64,000 bases of DNA from a virus (taxonomy: Duplodnaviria; Caudoviricetes): positions 64,001-128,000 of IMG/VR virus record IMGVR_UViG_3300021400_001148. The stretch is one strand, 5' to 3'. The first letter of the stretch is position 1. Every line of letters starts with the position of its first letter. Shown here one piece after another: positions 1 to 8,803 of this stretch. The translations under genes were made by a program, and so were the position numbers. Below the pieces are notes generated by a model that did no database searches, was not told the DNA's origin, and saw nothing but the letters and a program-made list of their open reading frames with translations.

Positions 1-186
1 AAAGTTCTTAGAAAATATCTTCTTGCAACCAAAGACACCGTTCTTGCCGAGGCTTCCCCGTTTGACAGGGTATATGGAATTGGAATGCTGGCAGATTCAG
101 ATGCAAGGATTTGGTCCAATTGGAAGGGGCAAAATCTTCTTGGCTTTGTGCTGATGGAGGTCCGTGATTATCTGAGGAAAAAATGA
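1..186 (+). CDS. NADAR family protein (YbiA-like N-glycosidase/ADP-ribosylhydrolase), C-terminal part; 5' end outside window
   Basis: Frame 1, not in the ORF track, reads LLATKDTVLAEASPFDRVYGIG...WKGQNLLGFVLMEVRDYL*. This matches the NADAR EASP.D..WGIG / G.N.LG..LM.VR motifs. Confidence 0.85.
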   Translation, partial: KVLRKYLLATKDTVLAEASPFDRVYGIGMLADSDARIWSNWKGQNLLGFVLMEVRDYLRKK

Positions 187-389
187 GAGAGGATTCGCCA
201 AAAATAGATGACTGGTTCGTATATAACCGACAACTCCGTAGGGCTGGTGTTTCTTTGGGATGGGAGGAATATGACAGGAATTTTTATTATGCTCACGGAT
301 ACAGGGACGGCCCGCCACCAGATTGTCTTTTAATGAAATACAATGGCGTGTTAACGCGAGTCATTAAGATGGATGAGTTTGGCTTGTAG
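183..389 (+). CDS. hypothetical protein
   Basis: 68-aa ORF overlapping the NADAR stop (ATGA). Confidence 0.5.
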   Translation: MREDSPKIDDWFVYNRQLRRAGVSLGWEEYDRNFYYAHGYRDGPPPDCLLMKYNGVLTRVIKMDEFGL

Positions 390-392
390 TCT

Positions 393-435
393 TGCGCCTG
401 GAATCAAGACATTTGTGAAAGTATTTGTATATTTG
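393..435 (+). promoter_or_regulatory. bipartite promoter TGCGCC...TATATTTG
   Basis: TGCGCC at 393 and TATATTTG at 428; the latter matches the Bacteroidota -7 box TAnnTTTG. Confidence 0.75.
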
Positions 436-473
436 TAAAAAGAAACGAGAAACTTAATTTAAAACAAAATTTT

Positions 474-899
474 ATGAAGCGTTTTGCAGACATCAAGAAG
501 GGAGACTCAGTCTACCTTATTTTCATCAACAAGGCCAATGGCTTCGGCGAAAACATCTACGAGTACAAGGTTAAGAACATCCACGCAACCTACCGCGACC
601 GTTTCGGTGAGAAGGGCAAGATGGTGAACATGGCTGGTACCTATACCCTTGAGAATCCTCGTCACCGCTCAAGGTATCTCAGGAATCTCGAACTTTCTTT
701 CGGTCCCGGTAGCCAGTTCGACACAAAGATGACCGAAAGGTCTAAGTTCATGGCCTTCACCACCGAGGACGAGGCTTCCTCTTTCTTCTCACGTTGGGTG
801 GATGACCGTGTCAACGCCCTCAATGCTGAAATCAAGCGACTCCACAAGCGTGACGAGAAGAAATGCGTCCGCAAGTACAAGGGTGAAGATAATGCTTGA
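474..899 (+). CDS. hypothetical protein; N-terminus distantly like 12918 and 44351
   Basis: 141-aa ORF after a promoter; MKRFADIKKGD resembles F.ELK.GD. Confidence 0.7.
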   Translation: MKRFADIKKGDSVYLIFINKANGFGENIYEYKVKNIHATYRDRFGEKGKMVNMAGTYTLENPRHRSRYLRNLELSFGPGSQFDTKMTERSKFMAFTTEDEASSFFSRWVDDRVNALNAEIKRLHKRDEKKCVRKYKGEDNA

Positions 900-1074
900 G
901 TTTTCTTTTTATGTGGTTTTAATACCACTTTTTATTGTTTTTTATTTGTCAATCGACTGGCCTCGGCATCAACCGGAAAACAGGTGGCTCCGGGGCCTTT
1001 CAAAAATTTTTTTGGGAATTGTTTGGCCCGTTTCAAATATCGTGTTTTTGTTTCACCTTTTAATGAGAGATTAG
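892..1074 (+). CDS. small membrane protein
   Basis: ATG at 892; two hydrophobic segments, with IVWP motif. Confidence 0.5.
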   Translation: MLEFSFYVVLIPLFIVFYLSIDWPRHQPENRWLRGLSKIFLGIVWPVSNIVFLFHLLMRD

Positions 1075-1076
1075 GA

Positions 1077-1226
1077 ATGGCAAAGTACAAAGTTGAACTT
1101 AAAATGGTCTACTATGTAGACAATGTGGTAGACAAATATGATGCAATAGATGCAGCATATGGAAAACTTCTTGCCGGCGAAGAGGCTTTCCAGAAGGAAT
1201 GCAAAAGTGAACTAATTTCAGAATAG
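1077..1226 (+). CDS. hypothetical protein
   Basis: MAKYKVELKM..., packed between its neighbours. Confidence 0.5.
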   Translation: MAKYKVELKMVYYVDNVVDKYDAIDAAYGKLLAGEEAFQKECKSELISE

Positions 1227-1228
1227 GT

Positions 1229-2059
1229 ATGGATAAATATGGAGAAATACTCCTTCTTGGTCCCTGTAGGCTGAAGTGTTTTTATTGCCTCGGCCGCGAG
1301 ATGAAAAAAGCGGCCAAGATTTCTTGCCTTGGAAAGCACTTCACTGAGTGGCCAAACTTCAATGTTTTCATACAAACCCTTTTGGATGAGGGCATCGACA
1401 AGGTTTACATTTCATCTGTGAATACAGACCCGCTTCTTTACGGATATATCAGTGAATTAATCGACTTTCTTAATACAAAGTTTAAGTATGTCGGTATTCG
1501 TATTAATGCGGCAATGCTCAATATAACAAAATATAGTCTGCTTGATAAACTCACGGAAGAAATATCAATCTCCTTAAATTCTAACCGTATTGGAAGGAGT
1601 CTTAGGATAGCGGGGCCCGCAGCCGGTCAGGAATGGCGGAATCTTTGTGAATACCTCGACACCAAACCTGGAGAAAAGCATACTATCAGGTTAAGTATAG
1701 TTGTAAACCGGCATAATGAGGATTGCATTCCGGAAATACTTGGATTTATCAGGGATAAATACTCAAAGCAAGTACAATATGTACAACTGAGAAAAGTTTA
1801 CAAATACAAAGACAAACGGCATACAAAGGAAGATTGGGAAGCATTTGAAAATACGAAGCGATGGCTTGAAGACAACAGTAGTTCTCAGGATGGATTCTAC
1901 GAATCACGAGTCTTTTCCTTCGGTGGGCTTAAAGTCTCGCTTTGGGAGGATGTTTTCTCACCGAACAGCGTTAAATCATTGAACTATTTTCCGACGGGGT
2001 TAATATCGAGAAACCATCTGCTTGTTCCCGCTTTTGAAAATGAAGAAATCTCGGACTAG
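1229..2059 (+). CDS. radical SAM protein
   Basis: N-terminal CxxxCxxC (CRLKCFYC), TDPLLY and ISISLNS segments. Confidence 0.75.
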   Translation: MDKYGEILLLGPCRLKCFYCLGREMKKAAKISCLGKHFTEWPNFNVFIQTLLDEGIDKVYISSVNTDPLLYGYISELIDFLNTKFKYVGIRINAAMLNITKYSLLDKLTEEISISLNSNRIGRSLRIAGPAAGQEWRNLCEYLDTKPGEKHTIRLSIVVNRHNEDCIPEILGFIRDKYSKQVQYVQLRKVYKYKDKRHTKEDWEAFENTKRWLEDNSSSQDGFYESRVFSFGGLKVSLWEDVFSPNSVKSLNYFPTGLISRNHLLVPAFENEEISD

Positions 2060-2208
2060 TCTCCGGGGTTTCTTTTTAGTTGTGTATCATATAGGCAGTC
2101 GCATTATTGTGACTTTTTTTTGTATATTTGCAACGCGGGATTCATCCCAATGACTAAAGCCGTGAGTTTTTTCCCGTAATTATCATAAAAAAAAAACAAG
2201 GAATTAAT

Positions 2209-2982
2209 ATGGAGCCAATAAAACTTTTGAGAGGTGATGCGTGCGAGGAATTGAGATACATCAAAGACGAGTCCGTTGATTTGGTGGTGACGAGTCCGCC
2301 ATATGATAACTTGAGGAAATACAACGGTGCTGGCGATTCTTGGAACCACGAAAAGTTTGAATGCATTGCGCAGCAACTTGCCCGAGTCCTTAAAAAAGGC
2401 GGCGTGATAGTGTGGGTTGTAAATGATAAGACCGAAAAGGGGTCAAAAACTGGCACTTCTTTCCGCCAGGCACTTTATTTTAAAGATGTGTGTGGTCTGA
2501 ACATCAATGATGTTATGATATGGAATTTGACCAACCCTATGCCACAGGTGAAGCAGCCACGATATTCCCATAAGTTTGAGTATATGTTTGTTTTCTCAAA
2601 AGGTGCACCGAAAACATTCAACCCTATCATGAGGAAAACAAAATCTGGAGGAAAACTTTATGATTCAACGGCCAAGAATATGGGCGGAGAAAGCGGGCGT
2701 CATAAACTTACTTATACAATAAATTCCGAGGCTGTTGATTACAATATTTGGGATATAGCCGTTGCACAGAACAAAACACCACATCCTGCGGTTTTTCCCT
2801 ATGAGATACCATACCGCCACATCAAATCGTGGTCTAACGAGGGTGATGTCGTCCTCGACCCGTTTATGGGGAGTGGGACGACCGGATTGGCTGCGATGGA
2901 CCTCAATCGTAAATTTATTGGTATAGAAATTAATGAGGATTACTTCACTTTAGCAGAAAACAGAATCACCGCATACAGATGA
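2209..2982 (+). CDS. site-specific DNA amino-methyltransferase, beta class (m4C or m6A)
   Basis: TSPPY catalytic motif precedes HPAVFP and DPFMGSGTT; no cognate restriction nuclease nearby. Confidence 0.92.
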   Translation: MEPIKLLRGDACEELRYIKDESVDLVVTSPPYDNLRKYNGAGDSWNHEKFECIAQQLARVLKKGGVIVWVVNDKTEKGSKTGTSFRQALYFKDVCGLNINDVMIWNLTNPMPQVKQPRYSHKFEYMFVFSKGAPKTFNPIMRKTKSGGKLYDSTAKNMGGESGRHKLTYTINSEAVDYNIWDIAVAQNKTPHPAVFPYEIPYRHIKSWSNEGDVVLDPFMGSGTTGLAAMDLNRKFIGIEINEDYFTLAENRITAYR

Positions 2983-3779
2983 AAACTGAGGAAATGGAAA
3001 AAATAGAGAAGTTTTACACTGAAGTCTATAATGAGGATAATCGCCTTAGAAATTCTACTGATAGGAGACATCAAGTAGAGGCAATTACTAAAAATTGTTT
3101 GCTGAACAGTGTAATAACCCCTGGTGACTGCGTTGCTGAAATCGGGGCCGGGAAAGGTTTTTGGGTTGGAAAACTTCTTGATATGGGGTGTTCTGTGAAA
3201 GCCTTCGACCTTGTTGAAGAACATGTAAGCATACTTAATGAAAGATTTAGGGGGCATCCGCGTTTTCTTGGCGCCAAAGTTTTGAACATTGCGGAACGAC
3301 CTTCCTGCGATGGGAAAAAATATGATGCTGTACTATTGTCCGGCCCGCTTTACCACCTCAAAGGCGACACTGACCGTATAAATGCCATTAAAAATGCAAG
3401 TAGGATGGTACTTTCCATGGGATGGCTTCTCATAGATTATTTAAGTCCTGCCAATGCTGCGTTGGAGTATATTCTTTCAGACGAAAAATCACCGAATACC
3501 TTCTGTCTTGACAAACCGAAAGAAGAAAACTTGTTTTCTTATTGCGAACCAGAAGAAATGGATTGGCTCTTGGATAAAAGCGTTAAAAATAAAATGTTTG
3601 TGTCACACCACCCCCTTGACGGAATGTCACGACTTTTCAGCGAACGCCTTGAGCGGCTTTCAGAATCTTCTTGGAAAGACTATCTCGCTTTATTGTGGGA
3701 AAAGGCGAGTCATCCGGTCACTGGGAAAGAGCTCTGCCACTGGAGTGAACATAACCTCGTGAAAATGCAAATTTTATGA
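2979..3779 (+). CDS. class I SAM-dependent methyltransferase
   Basis: EIGAGKG motif I and YDAVLLSGPLYHL. Confidence 0.85.
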   Translation: MKTEEMEKIEKFYTEVYNEDNRLRNSTDRRHQVEAITKNCLLNSVITPGDCVAEIGAGKGFWVGKLLDMGCSVKAFDLVEEHVSILNERFRGHPRFLGAKVLNIAERPSCDGKKYDAVLLSGPLYHLKGDTDRINAIKNASRMVLSMGWLLIDYLSPANAALEYILSDEKSPNTFCLDKPKEENLFSYCEPEEMDWLLDKSVKNKMFVSHHPLDGMSRLFSERLERLSESSWKDYLALLWEKASHPVTGKELCHWSEHNLVKMQIL

Positions 3780-4078
3780 GTGAAGAAAAAAACTACAGCC
3801 GAATTAAACTTTGGATACTTAAGGCATTTTTAAACACCCGTGGATATTTGAGATACCTGAGACTTAAAAAGAATGTATCTTATTTTGGTGGAAGGAATAA
3901 CCGGCACGGGGTGTATATGGGGAAGAGAACCTTCTATGAGACATTCAATGTTACCGGGCCGGGATATTGCTATTGGGATTCGAAACCAATAGAATATAAG
4001 TTGTGGGAACTTGGAATGTGGAAATGGAAACGCGTTGGCAGTAGCAAGTTGCGCCGTACAAAACGGTGGACGAAATAG
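3776..4078 (+). CDS. hypothetical protein
   Basis: 100-aa ORF coupled to the upstream stop. Confidence 0.55.
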   Translation: MSEEKNYSRIKLWILKAFLNTRGYLRYLRLKKNVSYFGGRNNRHGVYMGKRTFYETFNVTGPGYCYWDSKPIEYKLWELGMWKWKRVGSSKLRRTKRWTK

Positions 4079-4092
4079 TTTTTGTATATTTG
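4050..4092 (+). promoter_or_regulatory. bipartite promoter
   Basis: TGCGCC at 4050, TATATTTG at 4085. Confidence 0.75.
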
Positions 4093-4096
4093 CCAT

Positions 4097-4603
4097 ATGA
4101 AAAAAATTCTTTTTATATTGATAACTCTAATGGCTGTGTCGTGTGTCAAAAACATACCCGACAACAACTCATGCCCTACCCCCGTCTTCCATTTTCTTGA
4201 AGAAGGGGAATACACGCTTATTGGTGGTGTAAAAACGAGGTATTCATTGTCCTTTTCCGGCAGCCCGACTGACGGTTATAATTGGGTTACGGAGTATAGT
4301 AGGGAAAAGGAGCCCGACCGGTTCTGGACAGTTCTCAATTACAACGATATTCCGACACTTAAAAAGAACTTTAGTGAACTGAATTATGTTGTAATGAATA
4401 TGGTCTTTGTTGAGGGGTGGAAGATTTCTGTCTATGACAATACTGGAAAAGCATTTGATTTTACACTGAGTCAAAAATACTGTGTTGATGGTGAGCGAAT
4501 TCTTGTACTTGCATCAGAGCAAAAAACAATTGAAATTCCACACACCTTCATTGCCAAGGCCAATTTTTACATTGAAGAATACATTAAAAACAGCAAACTA
4601 TGA
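4097..4603 (+). CDS. putative lipoprotein
   Basis: MKKILFILITLMAVSC is a signal peptide II with lipobox Cys. Confidence 0.7.
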   Translation: MKKILFILITLMAVSCVKNIPDNNSCPTPVFHFLEEGEYTLIGGVKTRYSLSFSGSPTDGYNWVTEYSREKEPDRFWTVLNYNDIPTLKKNFSELNYVVMNMVFVEGWKISVYDNTGKAFDFTLSQKYCVDGERILVLASEQKTIEIPHTFIAKANFYIEEYIKNSKL

Positions 4604-5139
4604 ATATAGCATTGGTAGCCCACGATGGGCGTAAAAATGAATTACTAGAGTGGGTTGAATATAATTTGGAAGAGTTGAAAAACCATAATTTATTTGCAAC
4701 AGGTACAACTGGAAAGTTAATAAAATCTATTTCAAAAGAATACATATTAAATGATTATACTCCAACACCACGAGATTATGATGATTATGATGGTAGATAT
4801 GGTTCTACTTATGAAGTACCACATTGGCCAACATATCCTTTAGCAGATAAAGTAACATGTCTTTTGAGCGGTCCACTTGGTGGTGACCAACAGATTGGTG
4901 CAATGATAGCAGAAGGAAAAATTGATGTTCTTATTTTCTTCTGTGATAATCTTATTATGCAAGGTCATCAAAATGATGTATCAGCACTTACAAGACTGGC
5001 TTCGCTTTACAATATAGCGTTTGCAACGAATAGGACTACAGCGGATATGATATTAACATCTCCTTTGCTGAACGATAAAAATTACAAGCGGATTTTGCCA
5101 CCGGCAATAGAAACATATCAAAACAGACAGATTATATGA
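4600..5139 (+). CDS. mgsA: methylglyoxal synthase
   Basis: IALVAHD.RK, ATGTTG, SGPLGGDQQIGA, FFxD...H..DV.AL.R and ATN..TAD motifs, plus an insertion of about 30 aa. Confidence 0.93.
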   Translation: MNIALVAHDGRKNELLEWVEYNLEELKNHNLFATGTTGKLIKSISKEYILNDYTPTPRDYDDYDGRYGSTYEVPHWPTYPLADKVTCLLSGPLGGDQQIGAMIAEGKIDVLIFFCDNLIMQGHQNDVSALTRLASLYNIAFATNRTTADMILTSPLLNDKNYKRILPPAIETYQNRQII

Positions 5140-5396
5140 CAGGAATCGATTTAATTTCCCAAGAACGGGACGAACAAATTTACAAGCACGGCTACACAGT
5201 AACCAAAGACCTCCAGTACAAAAAAGACGAACTTATCTATGGGGCGTATGCTTATTTAACTGCTGCGTTGAGCGGTGAAGGCATTCATTACTGGCCGTTT
5301 AATCCTGAATCTTTTAAAGAGGGGGACAGAGTTAGTTGCCTTAAAAAAGCCGGTGCATTCATTGCGGCGGAGTTGGACAGACTCTTGGCTAATTGA
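5136..5396 (+). CDS. conserved phage hypothetical protein
   Basis: I..ER..Q..K.G....D...WP....FK...L.KAGA.I.AELDR pattern, common in phages. Confidence 0.7.
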   Translation: MTGIDLISQERDEQIYKHGYTVTKDLQYKKDELIYGAYAYLTAALSGEGIHYWPFNPESFKEGDRVSCLKKAGAFIAAELDRLLAN

Positions 5397-5443
5397 TTGC
5401 ACCATTCATTACATTTAAATACAATTTTAACGTAATCAAAAAC

Positions 5444-5866
5444 ATGTGTTTAGTAGTCGACAACAAATTTCATCCCACCGGCAAACCATTAACTGCAGGT
5501 GAAAACATCATAGTGGGAAAAGTACTAGCCATCTCTTATACGGGTAGATATTTAACCCCTTACCGTTTTAAAGAGGTTCGTTTTCACAATGATGAATGCA
5601 AACTTAAAAAGGTGTCACTAGGCGTGAAAACCGAATATTTTATGGAGGCTTTCGCTTCTTCTCCCAAGTTGTTTTTTGAAGTTGAGGAAGGCTATCATGC
5701 TTACACTTCCTTACCAATTGCACGGAATTTTGTAAGACACAGCGCTAATGGGAATACTTGGAAAATTTTCGAGGCATATATTCCGAAGGGGGCAGAATAT
5801 TATGTTGGAGTGGCGGGGGATATTGTTTCCTCGGAAATGGTAATCACTAACAAAATGATAAATTAA
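5444..5866 (+). CDS. Met-Cys paralog family A, copy 1
   Basis: MCL..TPY..GYHAY..IPKG..GDIVS. Confidence 0.75.
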   Translation: MCLVVDNKFHPTGKPLTAGENIIVGKVLAISYTGRYLTPYRFKEVRFHNDECKLKKVSLGVKTEYFMEAFASSPKLFFEVEEGYHAYTSLPIARNFVRHSANGNTWKIFEAYIPKGAEYYVGVAGDIVSSEMVITNKMIN

Positions 5867-5867
5867 A

Positions 5868-6311
5868 ATGTGTTTAGTAATAAATAAAAAGTTTCACAAA
5901 TCATGGCTGTTTTCCAGACCAAAGCCGCTTGTTGCTAAAACCAATATACCAGTGTTCAAAATATTGTTACCAATTCGTAATTTATACATTACACCATTTC
6001 AAAGAGCACGTGTATTTTTTGATGCCGACGGTGTTGCGGAAGGTAAAAAGACTGCTTTAGGCTTACAGCATCGACGATTTGAGGGTGAGAGCTGGTGGGA
6101 AGTGAATGAAGGATATCATAGTTACACGAATTCTATTGATGGAAAAGCAGCACTTGTAGATACACCGAGCGGTTCAATCTTCAATGCTGTAATCCCAAAG
6201 GGAAGCCTATACTATATTGGGGAAAACGGGGATGTGGTTTCTGACCAATTAGTGATATTGTCGCATCAGTACAACGGCGAAGGATATGATTTTTACAATT
6301 ACTCTAAATAA
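5868..6311 (+). CDS. family A, copy 2
   Basis: MCL..TPF..GYHSY..IPKG..GDVVS. Confidence 0.75.
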   Translation: MCLVINKKFHKSWLFSRPKPLVAKTNIPVFKILLPIRNLYITPFQRARVFFDADGVAEGKKTALGLQHRRFEGESWWEVNEGYHSYTNSIDGKAALVDTPSGSIFNAVIPKGSLYYIGENGDVVSDQLVILSHQYNGEGYDFYNYSK

Positions 6312-6317
6312 AAACGC

Positions 6318-6605
6318 ATGACTGATTACGAACTTTACGAACCGCACATTGAAAAGGCGGCATCCGAATACGCCGAAAACATTTGCAGAGAGGCAAACCT
6401 TTCAAAGTTTACTTGCCCAGGAGTTGATTACGCGTGCCGTAATATGGCTTTGCGACTATTATTAGATGGAATCGCGAAGCCCGACGATATTCTTGCTTTT
6501 CTTAATAGGAACAGCGGGCGATACAAAGGAAAATATATGGATTTTTGGTGGAATGTTAATAATAAATATAGGGATTATGTGCTTGACAATAAAATCCAAA
6601 AGTGA
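6318..6605 (+). CDS. hypothetical protein
   Basis: 95-aa ORF within the array. Confidence 0.55.
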   Translation: MTDYELYEPHIEKAASEYAENICREANLSKFTCPGVDYACRNMALRLLLDGIAKPDDILAFLNRNSGRYKGKYMDFWWNVNNKYRDYVLDNKIQK

Positions 6606-7014
6606 AATGCAGCCTGAGCCAAAGGTTGCTGAAAAAGACATTAATGTGTATAAAGTACTTAGAAGGGAATTCCGGCTGGGAAAATCAAAGTTCATAACTC
6701 CATACATGGGTCTCAAAATAAATTTCAGTGACGGAAAATGGGTGGGAGATGTGGACACTTTGTACCCACTCGAAAGCAGTGAATATGATATGAGATGGGA
6801 AGTACATACCGGGCTTCACGCATACAAGACTAAAGTGGCTGCGCAAGCAGATGTTAGGAATAGTGAGATGTATTCTAATATATTTTTTCCTCATTGCAAC
6901 GATTACGAAATGGTCATATGCAAAGCCTACATACCAAAAGGTGCCCGCTATTACATTGGAACAAAGGATGACATTGTGTCCGATAGACTAGTAGTTGAAA
7001 ATGTTACTGTTTAA
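6577..7014 (+). CDS. family A, copy 3
   Basis: Start moved to MCL at 6577; GLHAY..IPKG..DDIVS. Confidence 0.75.
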   Translation: MCLTIKSKSEMQPEPKVAEKDINVYKVLRREFRLGKSKFITPYMGLKINFSDGKWVGDVDTLYPLESSEYDMRWEVHTGLHAYKTKVAAQADVRNSEMYSNIFFPHCNDYEMVICKAYIPKGARYYIGTKDDIVSDRLVVENVTV

Positions 7015-7063
7015 CGGAACTTTGGTAAATCCTTGCTGGTAAAACCCATTAATCCAAGCAATT

Positions 7064-7513
7064 ATGTGTCTAACAATTAACAAAAAATTTCACAAGTCGT
7101 GTTTCGTTTTGAAACCAAAACCTTTTATTGCTAAAAGCAATATACTGGTGTATAAGCTCCTAGAGTATAAAGATGGCAGATACAAAACACCTTATCAGAA
7201 AGCTCCAATATGGTTTAGTGGCGGCAAATGGGAGGGCTGGCAAACGATGTTTGGTATGTCATATTGTGCCGTTAGTGGCTTTAACTGGGAAGTGGATGAA
7301 GGTTTTCACAGTTATTGGACTGAAACCGCAATAAGTGATATCCAAAAAGCTGGTAGGGAGATTTTTTATGCCGTGATTCCAGAGGGGAGCAATTATTACA
7401 TTGGGACATATGGAGATGTTGTTTCAGACAGGTTGGTAATACTGAACCATGAATACAACGGCAAAGAATATTCTTTTAAGAATTGCAAGAAGATGGAAAT
7501 CGTAAAGAAATAG
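7064..7513 (+). CDS. family A, copy 4 (close paralog of copy 2)
   Basis: MCL.INKKFHKS...GFHSY..IPEG..GDVVS. Confidence 0.75.
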   Translation: MCLTINKKFHKSCFVLKPKPFIAKSNILVYKLLEYKDGRYKTPYQKAPIWFSGGKWEGWQTMFGMSYCAVSGFNWEVDEGFHSYWTETAISDIQKAGREIFYAVIPEGSNYYIGTYGDVVSDRLVILNHEYNGKEYSFKNCKKMEIVKK

Positions 7514-7519
7514 AGATTT

Positions 7520-7987
7520 ATGTGTCTTAGAATTAGCAGTCCCCCAATGGTGGCGAAGAATGATTTTGTGATTTTTAAAGAACTACTGAATACAAATAAC
7601 GAACACACATGGACTCCGTATCAATTTATGGGTGTCACTTTTTTTGACGGAGAAGCAGTACTAGGGAGTGACCTCAGAAGGGTAGGAAATACAGTTACAT
7701 GTGGTATCCACGCATTCAGGACTATAAAAAAGACATCAGGCTTTCGTCTATCCAAAAGAAATAATCGATGGAGCCGGCTGGACAATTTGCATATCGCCGT
7801 TATTCCAAAAGGTACGAAATACTATGTTGGAGCAAACAATGACATTGTCGCGGAATTTATGATTGTTTTTAATTACCTTGAGGATTTTATCGAAAGCAAG
7901 TATTATGATAAAGTCCGTGGGACATGGTATACCACACCTATAAAAAAAATTAAAGAAATTGTGGAAAGAGAAGTTGCCAGAGATTAA
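7520..7987 (+). CDS. family A, copy 5
   Basis: MCL..TPY..GIHAF..IPKG..NDIVA. Confidence 0.75.
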   Translation: MCLRISSPPMVAKNDFVIFKELLNTNNEHTWTPYQFMGVTFFDGEAVLGSDLRRVGNTVTCGIHAFRTIKKTSGFRLSKRNNRWSRLDNLHIAVIPKGTKYYVGANNDIVAEFMIVFNYLEDFIESKYYDKVRGTWYTTPIKKIKEIVEREVARD

Positions 7988-7988
7988 A

Positions 7989-8084
7989 ATCAACAATTTT
8001 ACCCAGAAAACGGTTTGAATATCGACAATTTTACCCAGAAAACAGTTTGAATATCGACAATTTTACCCAGAAAACAGTTTGAAT
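7989..8084. repeat. 3 x 32-bp tandem repeat (ATCGACAATTTTACCCAGAAAACAGTTTGAAT)
   Basis: Units start at 7989, 8021 and 8053; the first has two mismatches; there are no spacers. Confidence 0.95.
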
Positions 8085-8093
8085 AAACTAGGT

Positions 8094-8759
8094 ATGGAAA
8101 CTAAACTTTCAGCCACACTAATAAACAAGAAATCTCTTTTCATTATGGAAAGGGGTTCTGTCGTTTATGGGACTAATCATGAAGACAGCGATATTGACCT
8201 GATTGCCGTACTTCCGGATGAATATGGGTTGTTGATTGATGAAGTGATTAAAGTGTGTCGTTCAGAAAAATCTCACGGTGTTTGTGAGTTTCTTGATGGA
8301 AATACAGACTATGCTGTGATGACGGAATCCACTTGGAAGAGATTATTGAAAGACCATAATGTTATGGCAATAGAAGCCATCTACACACCGTGGAAGCACT
8401 TAAAAAGGGGAATTGTTTATATGATAGACACGAGGAGAAATTTCACTCTTGTCTTTTCCAAACTAAGAGAATCTTTTTCGAGAACAGCATCCAATTCGTG
8501 GGTAAAGGCGAAAAAGAAAATTGAGGTTGAGAGTGATTTGAAATCAGCACAAAAGTCTCTTTTCCATTCACTGAGAATATTAAATTTCGCCAAACAATTA
8601 TGCAAGTACCGCGATATTGTTAATTTTAGTGCAGCCAATGGATATTATGACGAAATTTTGGCGACAGAACCCAAAACATGGGAAAAATATGAAGAAAATT
8701 TTAAGAAAGAATACAACAAATTGCATTCTGATTTAAGGTCTCTTGCGCCTAAAAATTAG
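8094..8759 (+). CDS. Pol-beta superfamily nucleotidyltransferase
   Basis: GSVVYGT....SDID motif followed by a helical C-terminus (KSLFHSLRIL). Confidence 0.8.
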   Translation: METKLSATLINKKSLFIMERGSVVYGTNHEDSDIDLIAVLPDEYGLLIDEVIKVCRSEKSHGVCEFLDGNTDYAVMTESTWKRLLKDHNVMAIEAIYTPWKHLKRGIVYMIDTRRNFTLVFSKLRESFSRTASNSWVKAKKKIEVESDLKSAQKSLFHSLRILNFAKQLCKYRDIVNFSAANGYYDEILATEPKTWEKYEENFKKEYNKLHSDLRSLAPKN

Positions 8760-8786
8760 AGATTTAGAAGAAAACATGTATATTTG
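8744..8786 (+). promoter_or_regulatory. bipartite promoter
   Basis: TGCGCC at 8744, TATATTTG at 8779. Confidence 0.75.
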
Positions 8787-8803
8787 TAAAAAATAGGAAT
8801 AAT

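Noticed and set aside
2209-3779. Restriction-modification system
   Set aside because: No adjacent endonuclease; the neighbouring gene is another methyltransferase.
7989-8084. CRISPR array
   Set aside because: The repeats are contiguous with no spacers, and no cas genes are visible.
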